Source of the DNA: Novosphingobium sp.
Lineage (GTDB): Bacteria > Pseudomonadota > Alphaproteobacteria > Sphingomonadales > Sphingomonadaceae
DNA: 56,356 nucleotides
Reading direction: 5' to 3'
NCBI GenBank assembly: GCA_013822005.1
Contig: PNJT01000001.1
Location: 1-56,356, forward strand
Shown here: one piece after another, positions 1-9,769 of the stretch
Numbering within the stretch: position 1 is the stretch's first letter
Layout of the letters: each line of letters begins with the position of its first letter
Position numbers and translations under genes: made by a program
The notes under the pieces: generated by a model
Database searches by the model: none
What the model was told of the DNA's origin: nothing
What the model saw: the letters and a program-made list of their open reading frames with translations, nothing else

Positions 1-35
1 GTCCGGCACCTGTAAACTCCAAATACTCCCAACCG

Positions 36-215
36 CCGTTCGCATCGAGCGAAGTCGAGATGCCGCGCGCAGTGTCTCGACTTCGCTCGACACGAACGGA
101 GGTAGGGCAGAGGAGTCGGGGTGTTTTGGAACCGCCCCCATATCCGTTCGTCCCGAGCGAAGTCGAGGGACTGCCCAGCCGCGATCCCTCGACTCCGCTC
201 GGGACGAACGGATAT
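36..215. repeat. Two REP-like palindromes (CCGTTCG..GAGCGAAGTCGA..TCGAC..GAACGG family)
   Basis: Hairpins at 36-99 and 140-215, each with long inverted arms; same family recurs at 1838-1957 and, as a variant, at 41826-41930. Confidence 0.85.
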
Positions 216-225
216 GGTGTCATCG

Positions 226-993
226 TTAGTCCACCAGCGCCACCGCCCGGATCCACCCCGCGCTCGCCCCTTCGATCTTGACCGGGAAGCAACTGAGCGT
301 GAAGCCGCTGGTCGGCAGCGCGGCCAGGTTCATCAGCTTTTCGATCTGCCAGTATGGGCGGATGCGGCCGGCTTTGTGGCCTTCCCAGATGATCGCCGGA
401 TCGCGGGTTTCGGCCCAGCGCTTGGCGGTGTGGCTGAACGGGGCGTCCCACGACCAGGCATCGGTGCCAACTACCTCGACCCCGCGCTCGGTCAGATAGA
501 GTGTGGCTTCCGCGCCAAGGCCGACACCCTGGTCGGTGAAATTGTCGGTGCCATAGATCGCGCCGGACTGGATCAGGACGATGTCGAGCGGCTGCAGCTC
601 ATGCCCGATCCGCGCCAGTTCGGCCTCGACTTGTGCGGCACTGACCACGGTGCCGTGGGGAAGGGCGCTGAAATCGAGCTTCACGCCGGGGCGGTAGAAG
701 CGGTCGAGCGGCGCCTGGTCGATCGTCGGGGCGGGGCTCTCGCCACTGTCGGTGGTCGAATGGTAGTGCCACGGCGCGTCCATATGGGTGCCGTTGTGGG
801 TGGACAGCGTCAGCGTCTCAACCGCCCAGCCTTCGCCATCGGGCAGGTCTTCCTTGGTGAGGCCCGGGAAGAACAAGGCGATCTGGGCCCAGGTCTCCGA
901 ATGATCGGTATAATGGATCTGCGGCAGCATCACGGGCGGGTCGGACACCACCTTGGCGGTGATCGGGATCGAGAGGTCGATGAATTGCGTCAT
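226..993 (-). CDS. Cyclase family metal-dependent hydrolase (kynurenine formamidase-like)
   Basis: HNGTHMDAPWH matches HxGTHxDxPxH; begins MTQFIDLS at ATG 993. Confidence 0.85.
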   Translation of the reverse strand: MTQFIDLSIPITAKVVSDPPVMLPQIHYTDHSETWAQIALFFPGLTKEDLPDGEGWAVETLTLSTHNGTHMDAPWHYHSTTDSGESPAPTIDQAPLDRFYRPGVKLDFSALPHGTVVSAAQVEAELARIGHELQPLDIVLIQSGAIYGTDNFTDQGVGLGAEATLYLTERGVEVVGTDAWSWDAPFSHTAKRWAETRDPAIIWEGHKAGRIRPYWQIEKLMNLAALPTSGFTLSCFPVKIEGASAGWIRAVALVD

Positions 994-1039
994 GACCTGA
1001 GTGTTGACCTGCTTTCCCTTTACGTCAATGGAAAGCGGC

Positions 1040-1816
1040 ATGAGCCTTCCCCAAACGCTAGCCGCCGCGCGGCCGATCGACCGCGGATTTGCCGCTACTG
1101 TGCCTGCCGACTGGATGCAGGGCCGCACCACTTATGGCGGGTTTTCTGCCGCGCTGGCGCTGGCCGCGGCGCAGCGACTGGTCGAAGGCCTGCCGCCGCT
1201 GCGTTCTGCCACGGTCAATTTCGTCGGGCCGCTGGCGGGCGAGGTCGAGGTCCGTGCGCGGCTGCTACGCCAGGGCCGCAACGCCACCTGGATCGACGCC
1301 GAAGTGACCGGCGAGGCCGGGGTGGGGCTGACCGCGACATTCGTGTTCATGGGCGCGGTCGAGGCCAGCACGCTGCACCTCCACGACGTGCCGATGCCCG
1401 CCGATGTGGTGCCGCTGGCCGATGCAGTGCCGCTGCCCGACCGCGCCGGTCCCAGCTTCGCCCCCAACCTCGAACGCCGCTTCGCCCTGCCGCAGAGCAT
1501 CGAGAAGGTGCCCGAAATCTGCTGGTGGGAGCGGATCAAGGACGCCGAAAGCCTCGACCCGATGGTCGCGCTGGTGCTGCTGGCCGATGCCCTGCCGCCG
1601 GGCGTCATGCCGCTGACCGGACCCGCGCCGATCAGCTCGATGACCTGGCTGATCAACCTCTTGACCCCGCTGCCCGAAACCGACGGCGGCTGGTTCCTGC
1701 TGCAGGCCAAAGGCAACTATGCCGAAAAGGGCTGCTCCAGCCAGGACATGGCAATCTGGAACACCCGCGGCGAGGCGGTTGCGGTGGGCATGCAGTCAAT
1801 CGCGATCTTTGGCTAA
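1040..1816 (+). CDS. Acyl-CoA thioesterase (TesB-like double hotdog)
   Basis: WMQGRTTYGG, LLADALPP and ISSMTW motifs. Confidence 0.85.
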   Translation: MSLPQTLAAARPIDRGFAATVPADWMQGRTTYGGFSAALALAAAQRLVEGLPPLRSATVNFVGPLAGEVEVRARLLRQGRNATWIDAEVTGEAGVGLTATFVFMGAVEASTLHLHDVPMPADVVPLADAVPLPDRAGPSFAPNLERRFALPQSIEKVPEICWWERIKDAESLDPMVALVLLADALPPGVMPLTGPAPISSMTWLINLLTPLPETDGGWFLLQAKGNYAEKGCSSQDMAIWNTRGEAVAVGMQSIAIFG

Positions 1817-1837
1817 GTTACGCCCGCTACACTCAAA

Positions 1838-1957
1838 TCCGTTCACATCGAGCGAAGTCGAGGGGGCTCAGTTCAAACCAAACCTCCGTTCGCATCGAGC
1901 GAAGTCGAGATGCTGCGCGCAGTGTCTCGACTTCGCTCGACACGAACGGAGGTAGGG
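1838..1957. repeat. REP-like half copy plus a full palindrome nearly identical to 36-107
   Basis: 1886-1957 matches 36-107 at 71/72 nt; lies between convergent genes. Confidence 0.85.
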
Positions 1958-1982
1958 TGGAGTTCAGGACAAGCGGGTTTGG

Positions 1983-3092
1983 TTAGGAGCTTTGCAACTC
2001 ACCATCCAGGAACGCCGCCACTTCGTTCAGCGCGACATCCTTGGCCAGGAAGGCCTCGCCGATGCCCTTCATCAGCACGAAGGGCAGCACGCCGGCATCC
2101 ATTTTCTTGTCGTGGAGCATGTGTGCGACCAGCGCAGGGCCATCGCAATTAAGGCCGAGCGATGAAATCTCGCTGGCCATGCCCACATCGGCGAAATGGC
2201 GCGCGACATGTTCGGCGCTGGCTTTGGGCATCAGGCCGCGTGCGGCAGAGAAGCGCGCGGCCAGGACCATGCCCAGCGCAACACCTTCGCCGTGGAGCAG
2301 GCGGTCTGAAAAGCCGGTCTGCGCTTCCAGCGCGTGGCCGAAAGTGTGCCCCAGGTTGAGCAGTGCGCGCAGGCCCAGCGTCTCGCGCTCGTCCGCCGCG
2401 ACGATCCGGGCCTTGGCGGCCACCGAGTGCGCCACGGCATATTCGCGGGCACCGGCGTCTCCGGCCAGCAGTTCGGCCCCGTGGGCATCGCACCAGGCGA
2501 AAAAGTCGGCATCGCCCAGCAGGCCGTATTTCACGACCTCGGCATAGCCCGCTTTCAGCTCGCGTTCGGGCAAAGTGTCCAGCGTGGCAAGGTCGGCCAG
2601 CACCAGCGCGGGCTGGTGAAACGCGCCGACCAGGTTCTTGCCCGCGGGCGTATTGATCGCGGTCTTGCCGCCGACGCTCGAATCGACCTGGGCGAGCAGG
2701 GTGGTCGGCAGCTGGATGAACTGGCAGCCGCGCTTGAGGATTGCGGCGGCGAACCCGGTCAGGTCGCCGATCACCCCGCCGCCGAGCGCCAGCACATGGT
2801 CGCCGCGCTCGACTTCTTCGGCCAGCAGCCAATCGACCGTGGCGGAAAGCTGGTCCCAGCTCTTGCTCGCCTCGCCTGCCGGCAGGATCCGCCAGGCCGC
2901 TTCGTGTCCGCCGGCGTGGAGCGCGGTTTCGACAGTCTCGCCCCAGCGGGCGTGGACATTGGCGTCGGTCACCACCGGCACGCGGCGCTTGCGCAGGCGG
3001 GGGCTGCACTGGTCGACCAGGCTGGCCACCAAGCCGGTGCCGACCCGCACTTCATAGGGCCGTCCGGCGACATCGACAGGGATCACAGCCAT
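1983..3092 (-). CDS. aroB: 3-dehydroquinate synthase
   Basis: GGGVIGDLTGF, PTTLLAQVDSSVGGKTAIN and LNLGHTFGHALE motifs. Confidence 0.97.
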   Translation of the reverse strand: MAVIPVDVAGRPYEVRVGTGLVASLVDQCSPRLRKRRVPVVTDANVHARWGETVETALHAGGHEAAWRILPAGEASKSWDQLSATVDWLLAEEVERGDHVLALGGGVIGDLTGFAAAILKRGCQFIQLPTTLLAQVDSSVGGKTAINTPAGKNLVGAFHQPALVLADLATLDTLPERELKAGYAEVVKYGLLGDADFFAWCDAHGAELLAGDAGAREYAVAHSVAAKARIVAADERETLGLRALLNLGHTFGHALEAQTGFSDRLLHGEGVALGMVLAARFSAARGLMPKASAEHVARHFADVGMASEISSLGLNCDGPALVAHMLHDKKMDAGVLPFVLMKGIGEAFLAKDVALNEVAAFLDGELQSS

Positions 3093-3655
3093 TGGTCGAT
3101 TGCCTCCAGGATTGCGACGACAGTCCGCCCGTGCGGGCCTTGACCGCTTTTCACATGGATCGGGGCCTGGGCATAGGCGCTTTCGCGCTCCGCCTTGAGC
3201 CGGGTCAGGATCTCGCGCGGATCGCCTTGTTTGAGCAGCGGGCGATTGTCCTTGCGGCCAACCCGTTCGAGCAGCACCTCGATATCGCTGTCGAGCCAGA
3301 CCGCGATGCCCTGATCGAGCACCAGCGCGCGGGTCTGTTCGTTGACGAAAGCCCCGCCGCCGGTGGCGATGACCTTGGGGCGGCTCTCCGCCGGGCCATC
3401 GAGCAGGCGGGCGATCACCCGGCGTTCGCCATCACGGAAATAGGCTTCGCCGAAGCGTTCGAAGATCTCCGGGATCGCCATCTGCGCGGCGCGCTCGATC
3501 TCCTCGTCGGCATCGACGAACGGCATGTGCAGCAGCGCCGAAAGCCGCTTGCCGACGCTGGTCTTGCCCACACCCATCATCCCCACCAGCACGACCGGGC
3601 GGTCGATCCGCAGGGCCAATGCCTCGATTTCGGCGGGGGACAGTTGATGCTCCAT
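3083..3655 (-). CDS. aroK: Shikimate kinase
   Basis: P-loop GMMGVGKT, GEAYFRDGE, ATGGG, NRPLL; start trimmed to ATG 3655 (MEHQLS). Confidence 0.95.
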   Translation of the reverse strand: MEHQLSPAEIEALALRIDRPVVLVGMMGVGKTSVGKRLSALLHMPFVDADEEIERAAQMAIPEIFERFGEAYFRDGERRVIARLLDGPAESRPKVIATGGGAFVNEQTRALVLDQGIAVWLDSDIEVLLERVGRKDNRPLLKQGDPREILTRLKAERESAYAQAPIHVKSGQGPHGRTVVAILEAIDQWL

Positions 3656-3726
3656 TGCGGGCTCGCCTATAGTTGGGCTAACCGGGGTTGCAAGTTTTTG
3701 GCGGAAGAGGTCGCGTGGCGATAGAA

Positions 3727-3864
3727 GTGCGCAAGGGCTGGATGTTTGGCGGCCTTGGGCTGGCGCTGCTGGCGGCCACGCTGTTGTGGGCCTGGCTGGA
3801 TGGCGGCGAACGCCCGCTGGACAGACTCGAAGCGCCTGCGATGCTGCCGAAAGTCGGCCAATGA
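3727..3864 (+). CDS. Small membrane protein, 45 aa (not in ORF track)
   Basis: GTG..TGA reads MRKGWMFGGLGLALLAATLLWAWLDGGERPLDRLEAPAMLPKVGQ; one TM segment; ATGA overlap with next gene. Confidence 0.65.
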   Translation: MRKGWMFGGLGLALLAATLLWAWLDGGERPLDRLEAPAMLPKVGQ

Positions 3865-5696
3865 AGCGCGCGCTGCTGACCACTGCCGGGCTGGCTTTGG
3901 CGATGACTTCGGTCTGGGCAGCGGCCCAGAATTCGCCCGAATCGCTGTTGCCGCCGGGCTTTGAAAAGCCCAGGCCCAAGCCGGGCACACCCGCCGTTCC
4001 CAGCGCAGGGTCCAGTCCTGTGGTCCAGCCGATCCCTGGCAATTCCAGCGCTCCCGGTGCGGCCCGTCCCGCCACGCTGCCCTCGGGCGCGAAGATTCCG
4101 ACGCTCAAGGAAATCGAGTCGATGAGCCCCGACCAGCTCGACGAGCTGCTGGGGCTCAAGCCCAAGTTCGATATGCCCTCCGCCGCGCGCCGCTCGATGA
4201 AGCAGGTCGGGATCCTGGCCGAGGACGAGGGCGGGATGCCCGCCTGGTCGCTGGTCCGGCAGGATGCGCGGCTGGTCATGGCCGTGCTCGATGGCAACAA
4301 GGGGCAGCTGGTTTCGCGCTGGGGGCATATCCTGCTGCGCCGCGCGCTGGCCTCGCGGCTCGATGCGCCGGTCGGGATGAACCCCGCCGATTTCGCCGCG
4401 GGCCGCGCCGCGCTGCTGGTGCGGATGGGAGAGGGCGAGGCCGCCCGCCAGCTGGTCCAGGATGTCGATGCTGGCAACTACACCCCGGCGCTGACCCAGG
4501 CGGCGATGGATGCCTATGCCTTTACTGCCGACATTACCGGGATTTGCCCGGTGACGTCGGTGATCGGCAGCAATCGCAAGGATACCGACTGGCGCGTGCT
4601 GCGCGCGATCTGCGCTTCGTTCCAGGGCGATGGCGCGGCGGGCCTTGCGCAGCTCGACCAGCTGGTCGGCGAAGGCGACAAAGACGGGGGCGGCTGGCCG
4701 CGGATCGACGTGCTGCTGGCCCAGCGCTATGCCGGGGCCGCGGGCAAGGCGCGGCGCACGGTCAAGATCGAATGGGACGGGGTCGCGGGGATGAACCCCT
4801 GGCGCTATGCCCTGGCGCTGGCAGTCGGGATTGAGCCGCCCGAGGCGCTGACCAAGGACTTGCCGGTGCGCTACCTCTTCGTTGCCGCCACAGCGCCGAT
4901 GGCCAAGCTGGAACTGCGCGCCAGAGGGGCTGACCGCGCCGCCGGGGCCGGGATCCTCTCCAGCGCGGCGATGGTCGATCTTTACAGCCAGATCTATGCC
5001 CAGGACGATATCAACGGTCCCTGGGCCGACGCGGCCGATAGGCTGCGCAATGCCTACATCGCCGAAAGCGCCAGCGATCGCCATGCCGCGATTCTCGCGC
5101 TGTGGGATGGCGCGGACGATCCGCAGGCCCGCTACTCGCGCCAGGTGCTGACCGCCTATGCCGCCGCGCGGCTGCCCGTTTCGAGCACTTTTGCCAAGGA
5201 CGCGCCCGATCTGATCGCCTCGATGCTGGCTGCCGGGCTCGATCAGAACGCGCTCAAATGGGGTCCGCAGGCCGATATCGGCTCGCTCGCCTGGGGGCAG
5301 TTGGCCTTGGCCGTGCCCAATCGCGCAGCGCCGGTCGATGGCTCGGCGCTCGATACCTTTTACGGCAACGATCCCAGCGACGGGTACCGCAAATCGCGGT
5401 TCCTGCTGGCTGGGCTTGCCGGACTCGCCCGGGTTGAGGGCGATGCGGCCAAGGACTTTGCCGCCAAGCTGGGCATCGATCTGGGCCGCCAGACCAAGTG
5501 GTCCCGGCTGATCACCCAGGCCGCCGACGTCAACAACCGCGAACTGGTGGTGCTGCTGGCCGGCCTTGGCATGCAGGGCGATGGCTGGGACAAGATGACC
5601 AGCGTCAACCTCTATCACATCGTCTCGGCGCTGAACCGGGTCGGGCTTTCCGCCGAAGCGCGGATGATCGCGGCGGAAGCCGTCGCGCGGGGTTAG
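3861..5696 (+). CDS. Exported alpha-helical hypothetical protein
   Basis: Signal peptide MKRALLTTAGLALAMTSVWAAA, Pro-rich linker, host-like codon usage. Confidence 0.75.
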   Translation: MKRALLTTAGLALAMTSVWAAAQNSPESLLPPGFEKPRPKPGTPAVPSAGSSPVVQPIPGNSSAPGAARPATLPSGAKIPTLKEIESMSPDQLDELLGLKPKFDMPSAARRSMKQVGILAEDEGGMPAWSLVRQDARLVMAVLDGNKGQLVSRWGHILLRRALASRLDAPVGMNPADFAAGRAALLVRMGEGEAARQLVQDVDAGNYTPALTQAAMDAYAFTADITGICPVTSVIGSNRKDTDWRVLRAICASFQGDGAAGLAQLDQLVGEGDKDGGGWPRIDVLLAQRYAGAAGKARRTVKIEWDGVAGMNPWRYALALAVGIEPPEALTKDLPVRYLFVAATAPMAKLELRARGADRAAGAGILSSAAMVDLYSQIYAQDDINGPWADAADRLRNAYIAESASDRHAAILALWDGADDPQARYSRQVLTAYAAARLPVSSTFAKDAPDLIASMLAAGLDQNALKWGPQADIGSLAWGQLALAVPNRAAPVDGSALDTFYGNDPSDGYRKSRFLLAGLAGLARVEGDAAKDFAAKLGIDLGRQTKWSRLITQAADVNNRELVVLLAGLGMQGDGWDKMTSVNLYHIVSALNRVGLSAEARMIAAEAVARG

Positions 5697-5729
5697 GCAA
5701 TCTCTGCCGCCATCGAAGCCTTCCTCGCC

Positions 5730-6584
5730 ATGCTCGCCGCCGAACGCGGGGCGGCGGCGAACACTTTGGCAGCCTACCGGCGTGACCTTGAAGGCGCCGA
5801 GGAAGCCATCGGCGACCTGGTCAGCGCCGACCGCGAAGCCTTTGCCTCATTGGGCGGAGCCTGGGCCAGCCTTGCGCCTTCCAGCCTGGCGCGCAAATGC
5901 TCGGCCTTGCGCCAGTTCTGCGGTTTCCTGGTCGATGAAGGCTGGCGCAAGGACGATCCTTCACCCGCCCTGCCGCGTCCGCGCACCCGCCGCCCGCTGC
6001 CGCGCCTGCTGGGCCACGGCGAGGTTGAGGCGCTGTTCGCCCGCGCCGAGGAGGAGGCAGTGGGAGACAAGCGCGAGGCGGTGCGGCTGCTGGCGCTGCT
6101 CGAGCTGCTTTATGGCTCGGGCCTGCGCGCGACCGAGCTGGTCTCGCTGCCGCTCAATGGGGTGCCACGCGATGCGCCGTTCCTCAATGTCACCGGCAAG
6201 GGCGGGCAGCAGCGGCTGGTTCCGGTCAGCGGGCGCGCGCGCGAGGCCTTGTCGCGCTGGCTGGCCCTGCGCGGGGAGGGCGGCAAGCTGCTGTTTCCGG
6301 GGACCGGCAAGAGCGGTCACCTGACCCGGATCCGCCTGTTCCAGCTGCTCCGCGCGCTGGCGGCACGCGCCGGGATCGATCCCGAAAAGGTCAGCCCGCA
6401 TGTGCTGCGCCACGCTTTCGCGACCCATCTGCTGGAGGGCGGGGCAGACCTGCGGGTGCTGCAAACGCTGCTGGGCCATGCCGATATTGCCACCACCCAG
6501 ATCTACACCCATGTCGATGCCGCGCGGCTGGTCGCCTTGGTCAATGCCCGGCACCCCCTTGCCGTTCGGTCACGGGAAGGCTAG
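5730..6584 (+). CDS. xerD: Tyrosine recombinase XerD
   Basis: LYGSGLRATEL, SPHVLRHAFATHLLEGGADLR, LGHADIATTQIYTHV; true start may be ~10 codons upstream (see findings). Confidence 0.9.
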   Translation: MLAAERGAAANTLAAYRRDLEGAEEAIGDLVSADREAFASLGGAWASLAPSSLARKCSALRQFCGFLVDEGWRKDDPSPALPRPRTRRPLPRLLGHGEVEALFARAEEEAVGDKREAVRLLALLELLYGSGLRATELVSLPLNGVPRDAPFLNVTGKGGQQRLVPVSGRAREALSRWLALRGEGGKLLFPGTGKSGHLTRIRLFQLLRALAARAGIDPEKVSPHVLRHAFATHLLEGGADLRVLQTLLGHADIATTQIYTHVDAARLVALVNARHPLAVRSREG

Positions 6585-6593
6585 CGCGGCACG

Positions 6594-7541
6594 ATGATTT
6601 CCTACCTTGAGTTCGAAAAGCCGGTCGCGGCGCTCGAAGCACGCATTGCCGAGCTTAAGCAGACCGCCAGCCAGGGCGATGTTGACCTCGCCGCCGAGAT
6701 CCGCCGTCTCGAAATGAAAAGCGCGGACTTGCTCGCCAGCACCTATGCCGCGCTGACCCCGTGGCAGAAGACCCAGGTCGCCCGGCACCCGATGCGCCCG
6801 CATTTCTGCGACTATGTCGGCAGCATGTTCAGCCATTTCATGCCCTTGGGCGGGGACCGCTACTTCGGCGACGACCAGGCGATTATCGGCGGCTTTGCCA
6901 GGCTGGATGGGCGCAAGGTGATGCTGATCGGCCATGAAAAAGGCAACGACACCCAAAGCCGCATCCGCCACAACTTCGGCATGGGCAAGCCCGAAGGCTA
7001 TCGCAAGGCGATCCGGCTGATGGACATGGCCGGGCGGTTCGGCCTGCCGGTGGTGACGCTGGTCGATACTTCGGGCGCATTTCCGGGGGTTGAGGCCGAG
7101 GAACGCGGCCAGGCCGAAGCGATTGCGCGCTCGACCGAGGCGTGTCTGGCGTTGCCAGTGCCGATGGTCGCGGTGATCGTGGGCGAGGGCGGTTCGGGCG
7201 GCGCGGTGGCGCTGGCCAGCGCCGAGCGCGTGCTGATGCTGGAACATGCGGTCTATTCGGTGATCAGCCCCGAAGGCTGCGCCTCGATCCTGTGGCGCAC
7301 TGCCGAAAAGGCGGCGGATGCGGCCGAGGCAATGAAAGTCACCGCGCAGGATCTGCTGGGACTGGGGGTCATTGACCGGATCGTCAAGGAGCCGGTTGGC
7401 GGCGCACACCGCGAGCCCGAATTGATGGCCAAGGCGCTGTCCGCTGCGCTTGGCGAAGAGCTTGACGCGCTGGGCAAGTTGTCGGGCGAAAAGCTGCGCG
7501 CCAAACGCGAAGAGCGGTTCCTGCGGATCGGTGCGAGTTGA
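6594..7541 (+). CDS. accA: Acetyl-CoA carboxylase carboxyltransferase alpha subunit
   Basis: YLEFEKP, NFGMGKPEGYRKA, GEGGSGGA, YSVISPEGCASILW. Confidence 0.97.
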   Translation: MISYLEFEKPVAALEARIAELKQTASQGDVDLAAEIRRLEMKSADLLASTYAALTPWQKTQVARHPMRPHFCDYVGSMFSHFMPLGGDRYFGDDQAIIGGFARLDGRKVMLIGHEKGNDTQSRIRHNFGMGKPEGYRKAIRLMDMAGRFGLPVVTLVDTSGAFPGVEAEERGQAEAIARSTEACLALPVPMVAVIVGEGGSGGAVALASAERVLMLEHAVYSVISPEGCASILWRTAEKAADAAEAMKVTAQDLLGLGVIDRIVKEPVGGAHREPELMAKALSAALGEELDALGKLSGEKLRAKREERFLRIGAS

Positions 7542-7630
7542 TCCGTTAGTTTGTTGCGATCACAGGGCTTTTCAATCGCTTGATCTGGGCCTAGCCTCAC
7601 GTGGTTAACTCCATGATGAGGAGATCCCCG

Positions 7631-9103
7631 ATGAAACTTGGTCGCATTTCGAAGTATACGCTTGGCACCGCGCTGGTGCTGGTATCGGTCCCCCAAACCA
7701 CCCTGTGGGCCCAGGCCGTCCAGACCGTCCAGGCGATCAGCCAGAAGGACAAGGACGAAGGCGCCAAATACCACCCGCAGCTGATGGCCGAATTCGGCGG
7801 GGCGATGACCGGACCTTATGCCGACTATGTTGGCGCCGTGGGCAAGAAGATCGCGGTCCAGTCAGGGCTGTCGAACAGCTCGAGCGACTTTACCGTCACC
7901 TTGCTCAACAGCTCGGTCAACAACGCCTTTGCGATCCCCGGTGGCTATGTCTACTCCACCCGCCAGCTGGTCGCGCTGATGAACAATGAGGCGGAACTGG
8001 CCGGTGTGCTGGGCCACGAAGTTGGCCACGTTGCCGCGCGCCACAGCGCCAGGCGGCAGAGCGCGGCGACCAAGAACCAGGTGATCGGGATCGGCGGGGC
8101 GCTGCTGGCCGGCGTGCTGCTGGGCAACAAGAGCCAGGTCGGGCAACTGCTGCAGAAGGGCTTTCTCCAGGGATCGCAGCTGCTGACGCTCAAATACTCG
8201 CGCAGCCAGGAGAATGAGGCCGATGCGCTGGGGGTCCAGTATCTCAAGAAGGCCGGCTACGATCCGCGGGCGATGTCCACCGTGCTGCTCAGCCTGGCCA
8301 ACCAGAATGCGCTCGATGCGCGGATGATGGGGACCAGCGATCAGGTGCCGGCCTGGGCCTCGTCGCACCCCGATCCGGCCTCGCGCGTGCGCACCACCCA
8401 GAACCTGGCCGGAACGACCACCGGGATGACCAACCGCGATCTGTTCCTGACCCGGATCAACGGCATGACCTATGGCGATTCGGCCGAACAGGGCTTTGTC
8501 GATGGCCGCAAATTCGCTCACCCGATCTACAAGATGGGGTTCGAGGCCCCGGCCGGGTACTTCCTGGTCAATGGCACCCGTGCCGTTGCAATTGGCGGGC
8601 AGGGCGGCAAAGGCCAGCTCACGACCGCCCAGTTCACCGGCGATCTCGACGCCTATGTGCGCACGGCCTTCAACACCTTTGGCCAGGCCAACCAGGTCCA
8701 GCTCAACCCGTCGAGCATCGAACGCACCACGGTGAACGGGATCCAGGCGGCTTACGGTGTGGCGCGCGTCGCTTCGGGCAGCGGCCAGGTCGATGTTACG
8801 GTCTTTGCCTATCAGTGGGATGCCAGCACGGCCTATCACTTCATCACGATCACCCAGGCCGGGGCGAACCCGTTCCAGCCGATGTTTGGCTCGATGAAGC
8901 GCCTGACCGCTGCCGAAGCGGCGACGCTCAAGGCGCGCAAGCTGGTGGTGCTAACCGTCAAGAAAGGCGACACCGTGCAGTCGCTCAGCACCCGCATGGC
9001 CTATACCGATGCGCCGCTTGACCGGTTCCGGGTGCTGAATGGATTGCCCGCGTCAACCACCACGCTGACGGTGGGGCAGAAGGTCAAGATTGTAACGTAC
9101 TAG
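7631..9103 (+). CDS. M48 family zinc metalloprotease with C-terminal LysM-like domain
   Basis: NAFAIPGG, HEVGH, YSRSQENEAD, SSHP; C-terminal VKKGDTVQSLS; AGGAG RBS before ATG 7631. Confidence 0.9.
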   Translation: MKLGRISKYTLGTALVLVSVPQTTLWAQAVQTVQAISQKDKDEGAKYHPQLMAEFGGAMTGPYADYVGAVGKKIAVQSGLSNSSSDFTVTLLNSSVNNAFAIPGGYVYSTRQLVALMNNEAELAGVLGHEVGHVAARHSARRQSAATKNQVIGIGGALLAGVLLGNKSQVGQLLQKGFLQGSQLLTLKYSRSQENEADALGVQYLKKAGYDPRAMSTVLLSLANQNALDARMMGTSDQVPAWASSHPDPASRVRTTQNLAGTTTGMTNRDLFLTRINGMTYGDSAEQGFVDGRKFAHPIYKMGFEAPAGYFLVNGTRAVAIGGQGGKGQLTTAQFTGDLDAYVRTAFNTFGQANQVQLNPSSIERTTVNGIQAAYGVARVASGSGQVDVTVFAYQWDASTAYHFITITQAGANPFQPMFGSMKRLTAAEAATLKARKLVVLTVKKGDTVQSLSTRMAYTDAPLDRFRVLNGLPASTTTLTVGQKVKIVTY

Positions 9104-9129
9104 TTGGGTTTCAGCAGAGCTGAAACTGC

Positions 9130-9216
9130 GCAACACCGGCCCACTCCCCCTCCCGACCACCCATTAGGGTATCCCTAGGATATGGGTGGTCGGGAGGGGG
9201 AGTGGGCCGGTGTTGC
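9130..9216. repeat. Long GC-rich inverted repeat between convergent genes
   Basis: caacaccggcccactccccctcccgaccaccca ... tgggtggtcgggagggggagtgggccggtgttg. Confidence 0.85.
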
Positions 9217-9243
9217 CGCGCGTGAGCGCGCAAATTCAGCGCA

Positions 9244-9281
9244 CAAACGAAAGGGGCGGCAGGGAAACCCGCCGCCCCTCG
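9244..9281 (-). terminator. Intrinsic terminator downstream of flp pilin
   Basis: ggggcggcagggaaacccgccgcccc stem followed by a T-rich run on the minus strand. Confidence 0.6.
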
Positions 9282-9305
9282 CTATGCAGCCGTCTGGCCT
9301 GCCGC

Positions 9306-9485
9306 TTACGCCGAAGCGTTAGCCTTCTGCATGGCCGACGAGGTGGTGTTGAAGGTGGTCTGCAGTTCGTTGCCCAGACCCTGCATGGCAGTGATGGCGG
9401 CAACGGCGATCAGAGCAGCGATCAGGCCATATTCGATGGCGGTCGCACCAGCTTCGTCACGGAACAGCTTGTTGATGAACTTCAT
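9306..9485 (-). CDS. Flp/Tad type IVc pilin, 59 aa (not in ORF track)
   Basis: MKFINKLFRDEAG/ATAIEYGLIAALIAVAAI has the Flp motif G-x4-EY; AGGAG RBS. Confidence 0.92.
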   Translation of the reverse strand: MKFINKLFRDEAGATAIEYGLIAALIAVAAITAMQGLGNELQTTFNTTSSAMQKANASA

Positions 9486-9580
9486 GGTCAGTCTCCTGTT
9501 GGCAGTCTAGATTACCCGGCTCTTTCCCTGTCACCCGGATCGAGCAATCACCGAGTTAAGGGGAAAACCTTGCGAAATGT

Positions 9581-9769
9581 TTAAGGGGTGGCCCCCGAAA
9601 TCGCATCCTTGGTCTTGCTCGAAATCGTGTTCCAGGTGAGCTGGCTTTCGCCCGCGAAGTTTTCGAGGGCGGTCATCATTGCCAGGATGATCAGTGAGCA
9701 AATCAGCCCCATTTCGATCGCGGAAGTGCCTTGCTGGTCGCGCAGCAACTTTGTCATGAATGCTCTCAT
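9581..9769 (-). CDS. Second Flp family pilin, variant motif
   Basis: MRAFMTKLLRDQQG/TSAIEMGLICSLIILAMM; start trimmed to ATG 9769. Confidence 0.8.
   Translation of the reverse strand: MRAFMTKLLRDQQGTSAIEMGLICSLIILAMMTALENFAGESQLTWNTISSKTKDAISGATP

Noticed and set aside
5730-6584. Tyrosine recombinase as a second mobile element
   Set aside because: Sequence and aroK/accA context indicate chromosomal XerD
9542-9552. gagcaatcacc resembling the island arm-type repeat
   Set aside because: A single copy outside the att sites; compatible with chance
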